The notes under the pieces: model-generated
Database searches by the model: none
Told to the model about the DNA's origin: nothing
What the model saw: the letters and a program-made list of their open reading frames with translations, nothing else
Position numbers and translations under genes: made by a program
In this document: positions 51,420-59,953 of the stretch, in pieces
How the letters are laid out: each line of letters begins with the position of its first letter
How positions within the stretch are numbered: position 1 is the stretch's first letter
Assembly (NCBI GenBank): GCA_963728325.1
Contig: CAVSJS010000007.1
Coordinates: 113,943-177,942 of the forward strand
Length of the DNA stretch: 64,000 nucleotides
Reading direction: 5' to 3'
Source: an uncultured Actinomycetes bacterium
GTDB taxonomy: Bacteria > Actinomycetota > Thermoleophilia > Solirubrobacterales > 70-9

Positions 51420-51986
51420 ATGACCGTGAAGACAGACATCAGCCGCTTTCAAATCCACGACGAGCTCACCGCGCCCGACGCAAGCGCCAGGCTGCTCCAG
51501 GGCATGGCCAGCGCCGGTGGCTCGGTGTCGAAGTTCGTCGGCGTCCTCGCCGGCTCCCCGGCCACGCTTCGGGCCTTCGCCCGGATGCGCCACGAGCTTC
51601 GCGGCGGCGTGCTGCCGCCCTCGACGCGCGAGCGCATCGCTCTCGCGGTCGCCGAGAACCGGGCCGACCCGTACTCGATCGCGCAGCACGCGAGGACCGC
51701 CCGCGCCGCTGGGCTCGGACTCGACGAGATCTCTCGGGCCCGAAGCTGGAGCTCCGCCGATCCCCGCGAGGCGGCCCTGCTGGCCTTCCTGAAGGGGCTG
51801 TTCGAGGCCGATGGGCCCCCTGCCCACCACCTGCTCGAAGAGGCCCGCGAGGTCGATTGGAGCGACGAGCAGATCCTCGAGGCGGTCGCCCACGTGGCGC
51901 TGAGCGAGTTTCAGAGCCTGATGGCCAACGCCGCCGCACTGCCGCAGGACCAGTCCGACCCGTCGGTCCTGCCGGCCGCCGCGTAA
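51420..51986 (+). CDS. Carboxymuconolactone decarboxylase (AhpD-like) family protein
   Basis: VGVLAGSPATLRAFARMRHELRGGVLPPSTRERIALAVAENRADPYSIAQH... shows the two-helix CMD pattern. Confidence 0.7.
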   Translation: MTVKTDISRFQIHDELTAPDASARLLQGMASAGGSVSKFVGVLAGSPATLRAFARMRHELRGGVLPPSTRERIALAVAENRADPYSIAQHARTARAAGLGLDEISRARSWSSADPREAALLAFLKGLFEADGPPAHHLLEEAREVDWSDEQILEAVAHVALSEFQSLMANAAALPQDQSDPSVLPAAA

Positions 51987-52068
51987 CCACGGGGCGCAGG
52001 CGGTCGCGGGCGCTCCCGGGGGAGTCGCCCACGACCGCTGTCACGCCGCCGCCCCGGCCAGGGGAGGG

Positions 52069-52788
52069 CTATTTGATCGGGGCGGCGCGGATCGTGTCCG
52101 TGGTAGTCAGGTGAAGCTTTCGGGCCGTCCTCTGGGTCAGGTCCCAGCGAACGCCACTTGCGTACGGGCCGCGATCGATCACCCGGGCCCTGACGTAGCG
52201 GCTGCGATATTTGAGTGTCACCTTGGTCCCGCAGGGAAGGTTGCGATGGGCGACGCCGATCGTCTTGCGCCGCAGCGTCTGGCCGCAGGCGGTGCTCCCG
52301 CCGAAGAAGCCGGGCCCGTACCAGGTGGCGACGCTCTTCGGCATCGTGCGGACGACCTTCTTGCGCGTCTTGCTGCCCACGACGCCGTCGCTGTGCAGGC
52401 TGTGGCGGCGCTGGAAGCGCCGCACCGAGCGGGCGGTCGGATTCTCGAAGTCCTTGCCCAGCGGCACGCCGTAGGACTTCGCTTTCAGGATCCAGTGGAG
52501 CGTCTTGACGTCGCCTCCGCAATCCCCGAGGTCGAGCGCCCGGGAGCCGAACCGCATCGCCGGGCACTCGCTGGAACCCCCGCCGCGCGCGGATCCCGTG
52601 CCGCCGGAGCCGGCCCGGGCGCTGGTCGCGGCCGCGACCATGGCGATCACGGCCATCGCGACCGCCCAGAAGGCGATCCGGTCGGGGCGGCGCAGCGGCC
52701 GGTCTCTGACCGGCCGGCCCGCTCCCGGCGCCGGTTGCCGCCTGCGGTATTCGATTTCCACCCGCGAACGGGAGGCGCCTTCGTACAT
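52069..52788 (-). CDS. RlpA-like double-psi beta-barrel cell-wall protein with a peptidoglycan-binding domain
   Basis: TM anchor. PG_binding-like GGDVKTLHWILKAKSYGV...RSVRRFQRRHSLHSDGVVG. DPBB: ATWYGPGFFGGSTACGQTL...VAHRNLPCGTKVTLKYRSRYVRARVIDRGPY. Confidence 0.7.
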   Translation of the reverse strand: MYEGASRSRVEIEYRRRQPAPGAGRPVRDRPLRRPDRIAFWAVAMAVIAMVAAATSARAGSGGTGSARGGGSSECPAMRFGSRALDLGDCGGDVKTLHWILKAKSYGVPLGKDFENPTARSVRRFQRRHSLHSDGVVGSKTRKKVVRTMPKSVATWYGPGFFGGSTACGQTLRRKTIGVAHRNLPCGTKVTLKYRSRYVRARVIDRGPYASGVRWDLTQRTARKLHLTTTDTIRAAPIK

Positions 52789-52940
52789 CTGCTCTTTCGG
52801 TCGCTTACGGGGTTAGCTGACGGGCTCGCGCCGAAAGAAGGCGCTACGCGGCAGTCGCCTGCGATTCGCCCCAGAGAAAACTGGGTCCCCCGATCCCCGC
52901 GGCTATGTGGCGGGGATTCAGCCGGAAGCTCGCGGCATCC
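52789..52940 (-). promoter_or_regulatory. ydaO/yuaA-type (c-di-AMP) riboswitch in the 5' leader of the RlpA-like gene
   Basis: The minus-strand RNA contains CUGAAUCC, GGGGGACCCA, GGGGCGAAUC and CCCGUCAGCUAACCCCGUAAGCGACCGAAAGAG immediately before the ATG. These match the conserved ydaO segments as I remember them. The class is known upstream of actinobacterial cell-wall hydrolase genes. Confidence 0.7.
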
Positions 52941-53014
52941 TAACAGAGGGTGAGACGGAAGTTTGCGTTTGATGAGCATCCGCTAACGCGAATCCGCACA
53001 TATGCTCCCGGCAG

Positions 53015-53839
53015 GTGGGCACGGCACTGGTCACAGGAGCGGGGCGGGGCCTGGGCCTGGAGATCGCGCGAGCGCTCGCGGCCCGCGGCCTGACCGTCCA
53101 CCTGACCGACGTCGATCCCGAGGGCGCCGAGGCGGGAGCGCGGGAGCTCGGCCCGCCGGCGTTCGCGTCCGTGCTCGACGTGCGGGACGCGGAGGCCTGC
53201 GGCGCGGCGGCGGCGCTGTCGGTCGAGCGCGGCGGCTCGCTCGACGTCTGGGTGAACAACGCGGGCATCCTGGTCACCGGCCATGTCTGGGAGCACGACC
53301 CCGAGACCCGCCGGGCGGTGTTCGAGGTCAACACGCTGGGGACCATCAATGGCACCCTGGCCGCGCTCGAGCTGATGCGCGCCGCAGGCCATGGCCACGT
53401 CGTCAACGTCGTCTCGCTCGCCGGCCTCGGCGCGCCCCCCGGCGAGGCTCTCTACTCAGCCACCAAGCACGGGGCGATCGCCTTCAGCCTGGGGACCCTG
53501 GCCGACCTGCGCCGCGCCGGCTTCAAGGAGATCCACGTCTCGGCCGTGTGCCCGGACGGAATCTGGACGCCGATGATCTCCGACAGGCTCGACGACCCCG
53601 ACGCCGCCCCCTCCTTCTCCGGACGGCTATTGGGAGCGGCGGAGGTGGCGCCCAAGGTCGCGGGCCTGCTCGACCACCCGAAGCCGGTGCTCGCGATCCC
53701 TCGCTGGCGCGGCGCCGTCGTGCGCTTCCTCGACGCCTTTCCACGCCTGGCGACGGGCCTGATGCCCCTCTTCATGGCCGACGCCCGCCGCCGCCAGCGG
53801 CGCTGGAAGAGGCGGATCGAGGCGGGGAAGCTGCCGTAG
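53015..53839 (+). CDS. SDR-family oxidoreductase
   Basis: ALVTGAGRGLGLEIARALAARG, NNAG, and YSATKHGAIAF (YxxxK). Confidence 0.85.
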   Translation: MGTALVTGAGRGLGLEIARALAARGLTVHLTDVDPEGAEAGARELGPPAFASVLDVRDAEACGAAAALSVERGGSLDVWVNNAGILVTGHVWEHDPETRRAVFEVNTLGTINGTLAALELMRAAGHGHVVNVVSLAGLGAPPGEALYSATKHGAIAFSLGTLADLRRAGFKEIHVSAVCPDGIWTPMISDRLDDPDAAPSFSGRLLGAAEVAPKVAGLLDHPKPVLAIPRWRGAVVRFLDAFPRLATGLMPLFMADARRRQRRWKRRIEAGKLP

Positions 53840-53850
53840 CGCGCGCAATA

Positions 53851-53878
53851 GGGAGAGGCCCCTCGCGGGGCCTCTCCC
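53851..53878. terminator. 12-bp GC hairpin between the convergent SDR gene and the NTF2-like array
   Basis: GGGAGAGGCCCC-TCGC-GGGGCCTCTCCC, followed by TTGTT on the plus strand. Confidence 0.6.
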
Positions 53879-53898
53879 TTGTTCTCCTGCGACATCGC

Positions 53899-54297
53899 CT
53901 ACTCCCGGAGGAGGCCCGCGGCTTCGAAGGCCTCGCGTCGTTGGTAGAACCACTGAAATCGGACGATGGCTCCGCCGCTGACGGTCCAAAGGTGGAATTC
54001 GGGTCGCTCCGCTTCCATTCCGCTTCCTCGGCCATGACCGCGAAAGGTGACCGCCACGAGCACCTTGTCGTGCGCGTCAATGAAGTCCTCCGGAGTATGC
54101 GTGGGCTCGTCCCACGCCATCGCTGTTGCCGCGAAGGCGTCCCTGACCCCTTTGTGGCCACTACGGAGGCCGGGCTCGATTGCATCGCTCGGACTGATCC
54201 ACTCGATGGCCGGGTCCAGCAACCGCAGCAGTGCGTCCAGGTCGGTGTCGAACACCTCGTACGCCCGACGCACCACTTCGACGCCTTCCCGCGACAT
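53899..54297 (-). CDS. NTF2/SnoaL-like array cistron 14 (last full one)
   Basis: MSREGVEVVRRAYEVF...FIDAHDKVLVAVTFRGHGRGSGM...AFEAAGLLRE. Its stop is followed by GCG and a head-only stub ATGTCGCAGGAGAAC that runs into the terminator. Confidence 0.75.
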   Translation of the reverse strand: MSREGVEVVRRAYEVFDTDLDALLRLLDPAIEWISPSDAIEPGLRSGHKGVRDAFAATAMAWDEPTHTPEDFIDAHDKVLVAVTFRGHGRGSGMEAERPEFHLWTVSGGAIVRFQWFYQRREAFEAAGLLRE

Positions 54298-54300
54298 CGC

Positions 54301-54702
54301 CTACTCCCGCAGCCCGGCGGCTTCGAGGGCTTCGGCCTTGCTACGGCAACGACGCCACCAGTTGGTCTTCTTGTCGTGCCACTCGGTGACCACCCAGGAC
54401 TTCTGCTCGGTGGGGGCGTCGCTCCCCATGCCTTGGCCACTGAGCCGCACCCGCGCGACCGTCACGTCTCCAAGGTCTCGTACATCGTCGAGCTCCGATC
54501 TGAAATCGGGGAAGACGCCGAACAGGTTCTCCCACCAGCTTCGGACACCGTCGTGGCCGCGGTAGGAGCCGCCCCCCTTCACCTCCAGGGTGCGCGGGAT
54601 GAACTCGATGTCGGGGTCGGAGAGCGCGAGTACGGAATCGATGTCGCGCCGGTTGATGGCAGCAGTTAATCGGTAAACCAGCTCCGCGTTCTCCTGCGAC
54701 AT
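54301..54702 (-). CDS. NTF2/SnoaL-like array cistron 13
   Basis: MSQENAELVYRL...YRGHDGVRSWWENLFGVFPDF...AEALEAAGLRE. It is preceded by a leader copy (54703..54751). Confidence 0.75.
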   Translation of the reverse strand: MSQENAELVYRLTAAINRRDIDSVLALSDPDIEFIPRTLEVKGGGSYRGHDGVRSWWENLFGVFPDFRSELDDVRDLGDVTVARVRLSGQGMGSDAPTEQKSWVVTEWHDKKTNWWRRCRSKAEALEAAGLRE

Positions 54703-54751
54703 CGCCCGCGCAGTATCTCGCTCTGGTCCGTGGGTAGCGCCACGGCTCCCA
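54703..54751 (-). promoter_or_regulatory. Array leader element, copy 1 (partial)
   Basis: Minus strand: GGGAGCCGTGGCGCTACCCACGGACCAGAGCGAGATACTGCGCGGGCG, followed by the ATG. Confidence 0.45.
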
Positions 54752-54771
54752 GACGTAGAGCTTCATTTAGA

Positions 54772-55155
54772 TCATGTTGCTACGCCGGCCGCCCGCAGGG
54801 CCGTCTCGGGGTCCTGGAACATCTCCACGCGCGCGATCTTGCCCTCACGGAGCGTGTAGACCCAGCCCGCCCGCTCCTCGACTTCGACACCGCTCTCCTT
54901 CGCCTTACCGACTTGGTGGTAGAGCAGAACAACTCTGTCGCCTGAGGCGACGAGCTGGTCCACCTCGAAGCGGTACTCGCTCCACATCTCCTCCCACCTC
55001 TTCGCTTCCGCGACCACCCCGGCGGGCCCGTGGAACCGCTCGAGCGATGTGGCCACTTCGACGTCGTTTGCAAATGCCGGCAGCGCGGCTTCGTAGTCGC
55101 CGCGGAGGTAGTTCTCAAGCATCTCGCGGACGACGGCGACGTTCTCCTGCGACAT
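54772..55155 (-). CDS. NTF2/SnoaL-like array cistron 12 (variant tail)
   Basis: MSQENVAVVREML...GDRVVLLYHQVGKAKESGVEVE...TLREGKIARVEMFQDPETALRAAGVAT. It ends in TGA rather than TAG. Confidence 0.75.
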   Translation of the reverse strand: MSQENVAVVREMLENYLRGDYEAALPAFANDVEVATSLERFHGPAGVVAEAKRWEEMWSEYRFEVDQLVASGDRVVLLYHQVGKAKESGVEVEERAGWVYTLREGKIARVEMFQDPETALRAAGVAT

Positions 55156-55158
55156 CGC

Positions 55159-55563
55159 CTACTCCTGAAGCCCGGCGGCTTCGAGGGCTTCGGCACGGTC
55201 GGAGTAGTTGTCGAGTCGCGTGACCCAACCGTCGCGGACCGTGGCGACCTGAGCCATCGCCAACTCCATCGGAACGCGACTGCCTCGACCCTTCCCTCGG
55301 TGGCAGAACAGGCTGACCACGCGGCCGTCCGGCGCGGCGAGAACGTCTTCGACGGTGATCTCATAGTCGTCCCACACCTCGAGCCACTCTTCCAAGAAGC
55401 GCTGAACCCCCTCGATGCAGTGATAGTCGGACTCGGGCCAGTCCCGAAAGTGGCTCGTATCCCAGACGATCTCAGGATCCCAGTTGCGAAAGAGGCCGGG
55501 CAGATCATCACGAAGCCACGCGTCCCAGCCTTGGCGGATGATCTCCACGTTCTCCCGCGACAT
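55159..55563 (-). CDS. NTF2/SnoaL-like array cistron 11
   Basis: MSRENVEIIRQGWDAW...GRVVSLFCHRGKGRGS...AEALEAAGLQE. Start taken at ATG 55563. The ORF extends upstream through the leader. Confidence 0.75.
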   Translation of the reverse strand: MSRENVEIIRQGWDAWLRDDLPGLFRNWDPEIVWDTSHFRDWPESDYHCIEGVQRFLEEWLEVWDDYEITVEDVLAAPDGRVVSLFCHRGKGRGSRVPMELAMAQVATVRDGWVTRLDNYSDRAEALEAAGLQE

Positions 55564-55620
55564 CGCTCGCGCAGTATCTCGCCCTGGCCTGCGGGCCGCC
55601 AGGGCCACGGCTTCCATGAG
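55564..55620 (-). promoter_or_regulatory. Array leader element, copy 2
   Basis: Minus strand: CTCATGGAAGCCGTGGCCCTGGCGGCCCGCAGGCCAGGGCGAGATACTGCGCGAGCG, followed by the ATG. Confidence 0.45.
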
Positions 55621-55793
55621 TCGGGCGGGTTCCCGTCAATCAGCCTGCCGAGGCTGGAGGTACCGGTCGCCGCCTGACCGCCCCTGCACAAAAGGGGCCG
55701 CATCCGACGCGTTCGCGGAGGACGCTCAGGTGCTGCCACCCTTGCTCATGGAGATCTCCAGCGGCTAGAAGCGTCTAGCGAAACTCGACACGG

Positions 55794-56201
55794 CTACTCC
55801 CGCAGCCCGGCGGCTTCGAAAGCTCTCGCTTTGTCAAGAAAGCTGCGGATGCGAACGGTCTTCCCGTCCCGGAGCGTCATGATGAAGCACCAGTTGAGGA
55901 ACTGCGTCTCCCGGTCCGTCGCCCCGAGCGGGTGTCCGAGGGCCGTGATGACGGCCAGTACGTCGTCACCTCCGAGGTCGATGAGTTCGTGGATGTCGAC
56001 GCGAAACGCGCCGATCGCTCGGATAAAGCCTTGAAGATAGGTTCGGACCGCCTCTTGACCGGAATACTCACCCGGCTCCGGAACGAGCGGGTCGGTATGC
56101 CAGACGATCCCCGGATCCCAGAACCGCTCCATCCCCGACAGACCCTCGGTGTTGAAGGCCTCGAAGCCTCTGCGGACGATCTCCACCTTCTCCTCCGACA
56201 T
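55794..56201 (-). CDS. NTF2/SnoaL-like array cistron 10 (monocistronic unit)
   Basis: MSEEKVEIVRRGFEAFN...LIDLGGDDVLAVITALGHPLG...TLRDGKTVRIRSFLDKARAFEAAGLRE. Confidence 0.75.
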   Translation of the reverse strand: MSEEKVEIVRRGFEAFNTEGLSGMERFWDPGIVWHTDPLVPEPGEYSGQEAVRTYLQGFIRAIGAFRVDIHELIDLGGDDVLAVITALGHPLGATDRETQFLNWCFIMTLRDGKTVRIRSFLDKARAFEAAGLRE

Positions 56202-56258
56202 CGCCCGCGCAGCATCTCGCTCTGGCCTGCGGGCCGCCAGCGCCACGGCTTCCAGGAG
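56202..56258 (-). promoter_or_regulatory. Array leader element, copy 3
   Basis: Minus strand: CTCCTGGAAGCCGTGGCGCTGGCGGCCCGCAGGCCAGAGCGAGATGCTGCGCGGGCG, followed by the ATG. Confidence 0.45.
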
Positions 56259-56344
56259 TTGGGCGGGTTTCCCTTTAGGGCTGGCTGCCGTCCTTGCTCG
56301 TGGGACTACCAGCCCCTAGAAGCGTCTAGCGAGACTCACCACGG

Positions 56345-56740
56345 CTACTCCCGCAGGCCGGCGGCTTTGAGGCCCTCGGCTCGGTCGAAGTACTCCTCCA
56401 CCCGCACGACCTTGCCGTCGCGAAAGGTCCAAATCTGCGCCTGCTCCATCTCCACCGGAGCGCCAGAGGTGATCCCCTTGCCCGAGAACCGAATCCAGGC
56501 GAAGACCTTGTCGCCCGCGTCGATCAGCTCCTCCGCGCGAAGTTCGATGCCATCGAACATTCCCGACCACTGGGCGAAGTAGCCGCCTATCGCCTCCAGT
56601 CCCCGATGGGTCGCGGCGTCCGGGTCCTCGCGGGCCGCCATCCACTCAGCGTCGGAGTCGTAGATCTCAGGCAGGACCTCGCCGGTCCGGCTGAATTGCT
56701 CCTGTTGGCGGCGGACCGCCTCGACGTTCTCCTGCGACAT
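56345..56740 (-). CDS. NTF2/SnoaL-like array cistron 9
   Basis: MSQENVEAVRRQQEQF...LIDAGDKVFAWIRFSGKGITSGAP...TFRDGKVVRVEEYFDRAEGLKAAGLRE. Confidence 0.75.
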   Translation of the reverse strand: MSQENVEAVRRQQEQFSRTGEVLPEIYDSDAEWMAAREDPDAATHRGLEAIGGYFAQWSGMFDGIELRAEELIDAGDKVFAWIRFSGKGITSGAPVEMEQAQIWTFRDGKVVRVEEYFDRAEGLKAAGLRE

Positions 56741-56743
56741 CGC

Positions 56744-57148
56744 CTACTCCGAAAGCCCAGCCGCTTCGAGGGCCTGGGCGCGATTGAGGAAGATCTCGGA
56801 GCGAATGATCTTCCCGTTGCGCATGGTGATCACGTCGTAGCGGTCGAACTCCACCGGCACTCCGCTTCCTGCGCCGGTGGCCGCGACGTGGGTGTTGACG
56901 AGAAGCCGGTCGGGACTCTCGAGTTCGGTGATACCCCGGATGTTGATGTCGAAGGTCTCGGCCACCTCCAGGGCGCCCTTCATGCTGGCGAGGGCAGCCT
57001 CTCGGCCCTTGCCCTGGCCCTCGTCCGGCCACTCGGGCGGGAGGCGAAACTCGACCTCGGGATCAAACCCCTCAAGCCAGCGTGCGAGGTCGCCGCGTGC
57101 GAGCGCGTCGATCTGCTCTCGCAGTCTGTCGACGTTCTCCTGCGACAT
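56744..57148 (-). CDS. NTF2/SnoaL-like array cistron 8
   Basis: MSQENVDRLREQIDAL...TMRNGKIIRSEIFLNRAQALEAAGLSE. Confidence 0.75.
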   Translation of the reverse strand: MSQENVDRLREQIDALARGDLARWLEGFDPEVEFRLPPEWPDEGQGKGREAALASMKGALEVAETFDINIRGITELESPDRLLVNTHVAATGAGSGVPVEFDRYDVITMRNGKIIRSEIFLNRAQALEAAGLSE

Positions 57149-57151
57149 CGG

Positions 57152-57496
57152 CTACTCCGAAAGCCCGGCGGCTTTCATGGCGTCGGCCCTCTCCCAGTAG
57201 CTCCGCTCACGCGAGAACACGAGAACCTCATCGCCCCCTGCGTCGATGAATTCCTCCGGCTTCATTCGGTAGTCCTCGATCGCCTCGAGCAATGTGGTGA
57301 TGCAGTCGCGTACCCCCTCGTGTCCGAAACGAGATTCCGCGAGGTCGGGGAACTCGCGCGGACCGCGCCAGTCAATCGCGGGATCGAGCCACTCGAAGAT
57401 AGCCTCAAAGTCCCCTCTCTCAAAGTCGCCGCTGGCGAAGCCTTCCACCAAGGCTGCGTAGTGGCGCCGGACCAACTCCACGTTCTCCTGCGACAT
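57152..57496 (-). CDS. NTF2/SnoaL-like array cistron 7 (short, 114 aa; apparent in-frame loss of the last beta strands)
   Basis: MSQENVELVRRHYAAL...FIDAGGDEVLVFSRERSYWERADAMKAAGLSE. The RGxGxxSG...RDGK segment seen in its neighbours is missing. Confidence 0.65.
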   Translation of the reverse strand: MSQENVELVRRHYAALVEGFASGDFERGDFEAIFEWLDPAIDWRGPREFPDLAESRFGHEGVRDCITTLLEAIEDYRMKPEEFIDAGGDEVLVFSRERSYWERADAMKAAGLSE

Positions 57497-57499
57497 CGC

Positions 57500-57901
57500 C
57501 TACTCCTGAAGTCCGGCTGCTTCGAGGGCCTGCTCAGGAGACGCGTACACCTGGGCACGCTGAATCTGGTTGCCCTGGACGGTGTAGACGATGCCGTAAT
57601 CCATCTCCACCCACGATTCGCTGTCGCGAAGAAGCCCTCGCTGGTGAAGGACCGCCAGGACCTCATCTCGCTCGGTGTCGATGATGTCCTCGACCTCTAT
57701 CTGCCACTCCGCGTAGGGCTCGATCCACCTGCGAAAGAAGCCCATGAACTCTTCGAGGCCATGGAACTCGCCCCGGTCGACCCAGCCCTCGAATGTCGAC
57801 ATGTCCCATACGAAGTCCGGGGAAGTCTGCGCGATGATCCGGGACAGGGCGGGAGTGTCCGAGAGGATGCGGCGGACCGCCTCGACGTTCTCCTGCGACA
57901 T
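57500..57901 (-). CDS. NTF2/SnoaL-like array cistron 6
   Basis: MSQENVEAVRRILSDT...IIDTERDEVLAVLHQRG...PEQALEAAGLQE. Confidence 0.75.
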   Translation of the reverse strand: MSQENVEAVRRILSDTPALSRIIAQTSPDFVWDMSTFEGWVDRGEFHGLEEFMGFFRRWIEPYAEWQIEVEDIIDTERDEVLAVLHQRGLLRDSESWVEMDYGIVYTVQGNQIQRAQVYASPEQALEAAGLQE

Positions 57902-57904
57902 CGC

Positions 57905-58333
57905 CTACTCCTTGAGCCCAGCGTCCACGAGTGCGCGTTCGGGTTGAGTGAGGTATTCCTGGCCTCGTACGAGCCTGTCCCCGCGAAAACCAAAGCGGTG
58001 CGCGTATGGAGCATGGACCTCGACTCCTGCCTCGCGACCACGCGCATAGATGTGGCCGACGGCGACCACCTCGTCCCCTGCATCGTGCAGCTCCCTTGGC
58101 TCCCAGCGGAACTCCTGCCAGGGCTCAGCGTGGCGTTCGAAGAAGTCGCGGATCGCGGCCTCCCCGCGAAGTCCATGCGGGTCGATGTCGTTTTCGTCGG
58201 GCTGCCACTCCGCATCGGGATCGAGGATGGCGAAGAAGGCGTTCACGGCTCGCCCGAAGCTCTCAGAATCGGCCCGGTCGAACCGGACTTCCGCGTAGAG
58301 CTTGCGCACGACCTCCACGTTCTCCTGCGACAT
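57905..58333 (-). CDS. NTF2/SnoaL-like array cistron 5
   Basis: MSQENVEVVRKLYAEV...LHDAGDEVVAVGHIYARGREAGVEV...PERALVDAGLKE. Confidence 0.75.
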   Translation of the reverse strand: MSQENVEVVRKLYAEVRFDRADSESFGRAVNAFFAILDPDAEWQPDENDIDPHGLRGEAAIRDFFERHAEPWQEFRWEPRELHDAGDEVVAVGHIYARGREAGVEVHAPYAHRFGFRGDRLVRGQEYLTQPERALVDAGLKE

Positions 58334-58336
58334 CGC

Positions 58337-59140
58337 CTACTCCTTGAGTCCGGCGGCTTCGAGGGCCTCGGTCCTGCTTCTGTAAGTGCGCCAATGGACA
58401 CATTTCCTGTCCCGCACCTCAGCGACTTGCCAGACCGTCTCCTCAACAAGCACGCCGCTACCAGCGCCCTGGCCGCGAATCCGGACGGTGGCAATGGTCA
58501 AGTCTCCGCTGCTGCGTACCTCGATCGGCTCCACACTGAAGTCGTCGAAGATGGCCAGGAGGTTCTCCCACCAGTTCCGGACACCGTCGTGGCCGTGATA
58601 GGTGCCTCCTTCAATGCCGAGCGTCCGCGGTATTGCCTCCACATCGGGGGCCATGAACGTGAGGAAAGCATCGAGGTCGCGACGGTTGAAGGCGTCATAA
58701 CTGCGCCGCACAAGCTCCACGTTCTCCTCCGACATCGGCCACTCGGACCGCCCGGCGGCTTCGAGGGCTTCGGCCTCGCTCTGAAAGGCGTGCCACCAAA
58801 CGATCCGCTTGTCGCGGACGCGAAAGAGCCCCCAGTAGGTGCGCTCAAACGCCGCTCCGCTCGCAGCGCCGTGTCCACGAAGGCACCCGCGCACGAAGAT
58901 CAGCTCCCCCAGATCCCGAATCTCGTGCAGCTCAACCTTGAAGTCGGGCAGGGTCTCAAATGCCTCGTCCCACCAACGACGTACATCCTCATGGCCGCGG
59001 TAGGGCCCGAGGCCCTCGATCGCCCGCTCGTACGGCGTGAACTCCTCGTCAGGGTCGTGGAGTGCCAGGTAGGCATCCAGGTCTCGCTGGTTGAAGGTTT
59101 CATGCCCTGCCCGCACGATCTCCACGTTCTCCTGCGACAT
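58337..59140 (-). CDS. NTF2/SnoaL-like array cistron 4: two domains fused by loss of the inter-cistronic stop
   Basis: MSQENVEIVRAGHETF...AEALEAAGRSE-W-P-MSEENVELVRRSYDAF...TEALEAAGLKE. At 58739..58741 the junction reads TGG where the other junctions read TAG. Confidence 0.75.
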   Translation of the reverse strand: MSQENVEIVRAGHETFNQRDLDAYLALHDPDEEFTPYERAIEGLGPYRGHEDVRRWWDEAFETLPDFKVELHEIRDLGELIFVRGCLRGHGAASGAAFERTYWGLFRVRDKRIVWWHAFQSEAEALEAAGRSEWPMSEENVELVRRSYDAFNRRDLDAFLTFMAPDVEAIPRTLGIEGGTYHGHDGVRNWWENLLAIFDDFSVEPIEVRSSGDLTIATVRIRGQGAGSGVLVEETVWQVAEVRDRKCVHWRTYRSRTEALEAAGLKE

Positions 59141-59143
59141 CGG

Positions 59144-59545
59144 CTACTCGCTCACCCCGGCGGCTTCGAGGGCCTCGTCACGACTGGCGAAGAAGTCTTG
59201 CCGGATGATCTTGCCGTCGCGCAGGGTCATGACCTGCGTCGTCTGCTCAGAGATTGGTACCCCGCTGGCGCGACCTTTTGCCCGGTGGTTAGTCACCACC
59301 AAGACACGATCGCCCCAGTCGCGGGACTCCTCGACCTCCATCCGGTAGTCCGGATCGAATCGGCTGAACCAGTCCGTGAGCCAATTGATGGCTCCCTTCT
59401 TTCCCGAGACAGTCTCGGCTCCGGCGAGACGGCGCGACTCACCATGAAAGACGAGTGTCACGTCTTCCGCAAGCGCGCCAATCGCCTCAGCAAGGTCGGT
59501 GGCCTCGAAATACCTGACGGCGATCTCCACGTTCTCCTGCGACAT
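59144..59545 (-). CDS. NTF2/SnoaL-like array cistron 3
   Basis: MSQENVEIAVRYFEAT...WGDRVLVVTNHRAKGRASGVP...TLRDGKIIRQDFFASRDEALEAAGVSE. Confidence 0.75.
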   Translation of the reverse strand: MSQENVEIAVRYFEATDLAEAIGALAEDVTLVFHGESRRLAGAETVSGKKGAINWLTDWFSRFDPDYRMEVEESRDWGDRVLVVTNHRAKGRASGVPISEQTTQVMTLRDGKIIRQDFFASRDEALEAAGVSE

Positions 59546-59548
59546 CGG

Positions 59549-59950
59549 CTACTCCGAGACTCCGGCGGCTTCGAGGGCCTCGTCGTACTCCCAGAAGTAC
59601 CGCGCGCGGACGATCCTTCCGCCTCGCAAGAGGAATACGGCTGCCATCGGCGTGTCGAAGGACATTCCGGTGTCCCTGCCCCGAGTTACGTAGCGAATCC
59701 GGGCCAGCACCTGGTCGTCGCCGACGGGACGAATCTCGTCCACCTCGACACGAGCCTCCTCCCAGGAGTCGCGCAAGCGCTCAGCCTGCCGCCTCCACGC
59801 CTCGATCCCCTGCGGCTCCTCTCCCTCGGGCCACCCTTTCGGCGGCGTCACGACGACCTCAGGGTCCCAATGCTCGGCCCATCGATGCCAGTCTCCCTTC
59901 GAGAAGAGCTCGTTCACGCGGCGCACGACCTCCACGTTCTCCTGCGACAT
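59549..59950 (-). CDS. NTF2/SnoaL-like array cistron 2
   Basis: MSQENVEVVRRVNELF...VGDDQVLARIRYVTRGRDTGM...LLRGGRIVRARYFWEYDEALEAAGVSE. Confidence 0.75.
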   Translation of the reverse strand: MSQENVEVVRRVNELFSKGDWHRWAEHWDPEVVVTPPKGWPEGEEPQGIEAWRRQAERLRDSWEEARVEVDEIRPVGDDQVLARIRYVTRGRDTGMSFDTPMAAVFLLRGGRIVRARYFWEYDEALEAAGVSE

Positions 59951-59953
59951 CGC

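Noticed and set aside
53452-53895. 147-aa minus-strand ORF beginning MSQENKGE
   Set aside because: Only the first five codons match the array head. It then runs through the terminator hairpin and antisense to the well-supported SDR gene 53015..53839. I treat it as a head-only stub.
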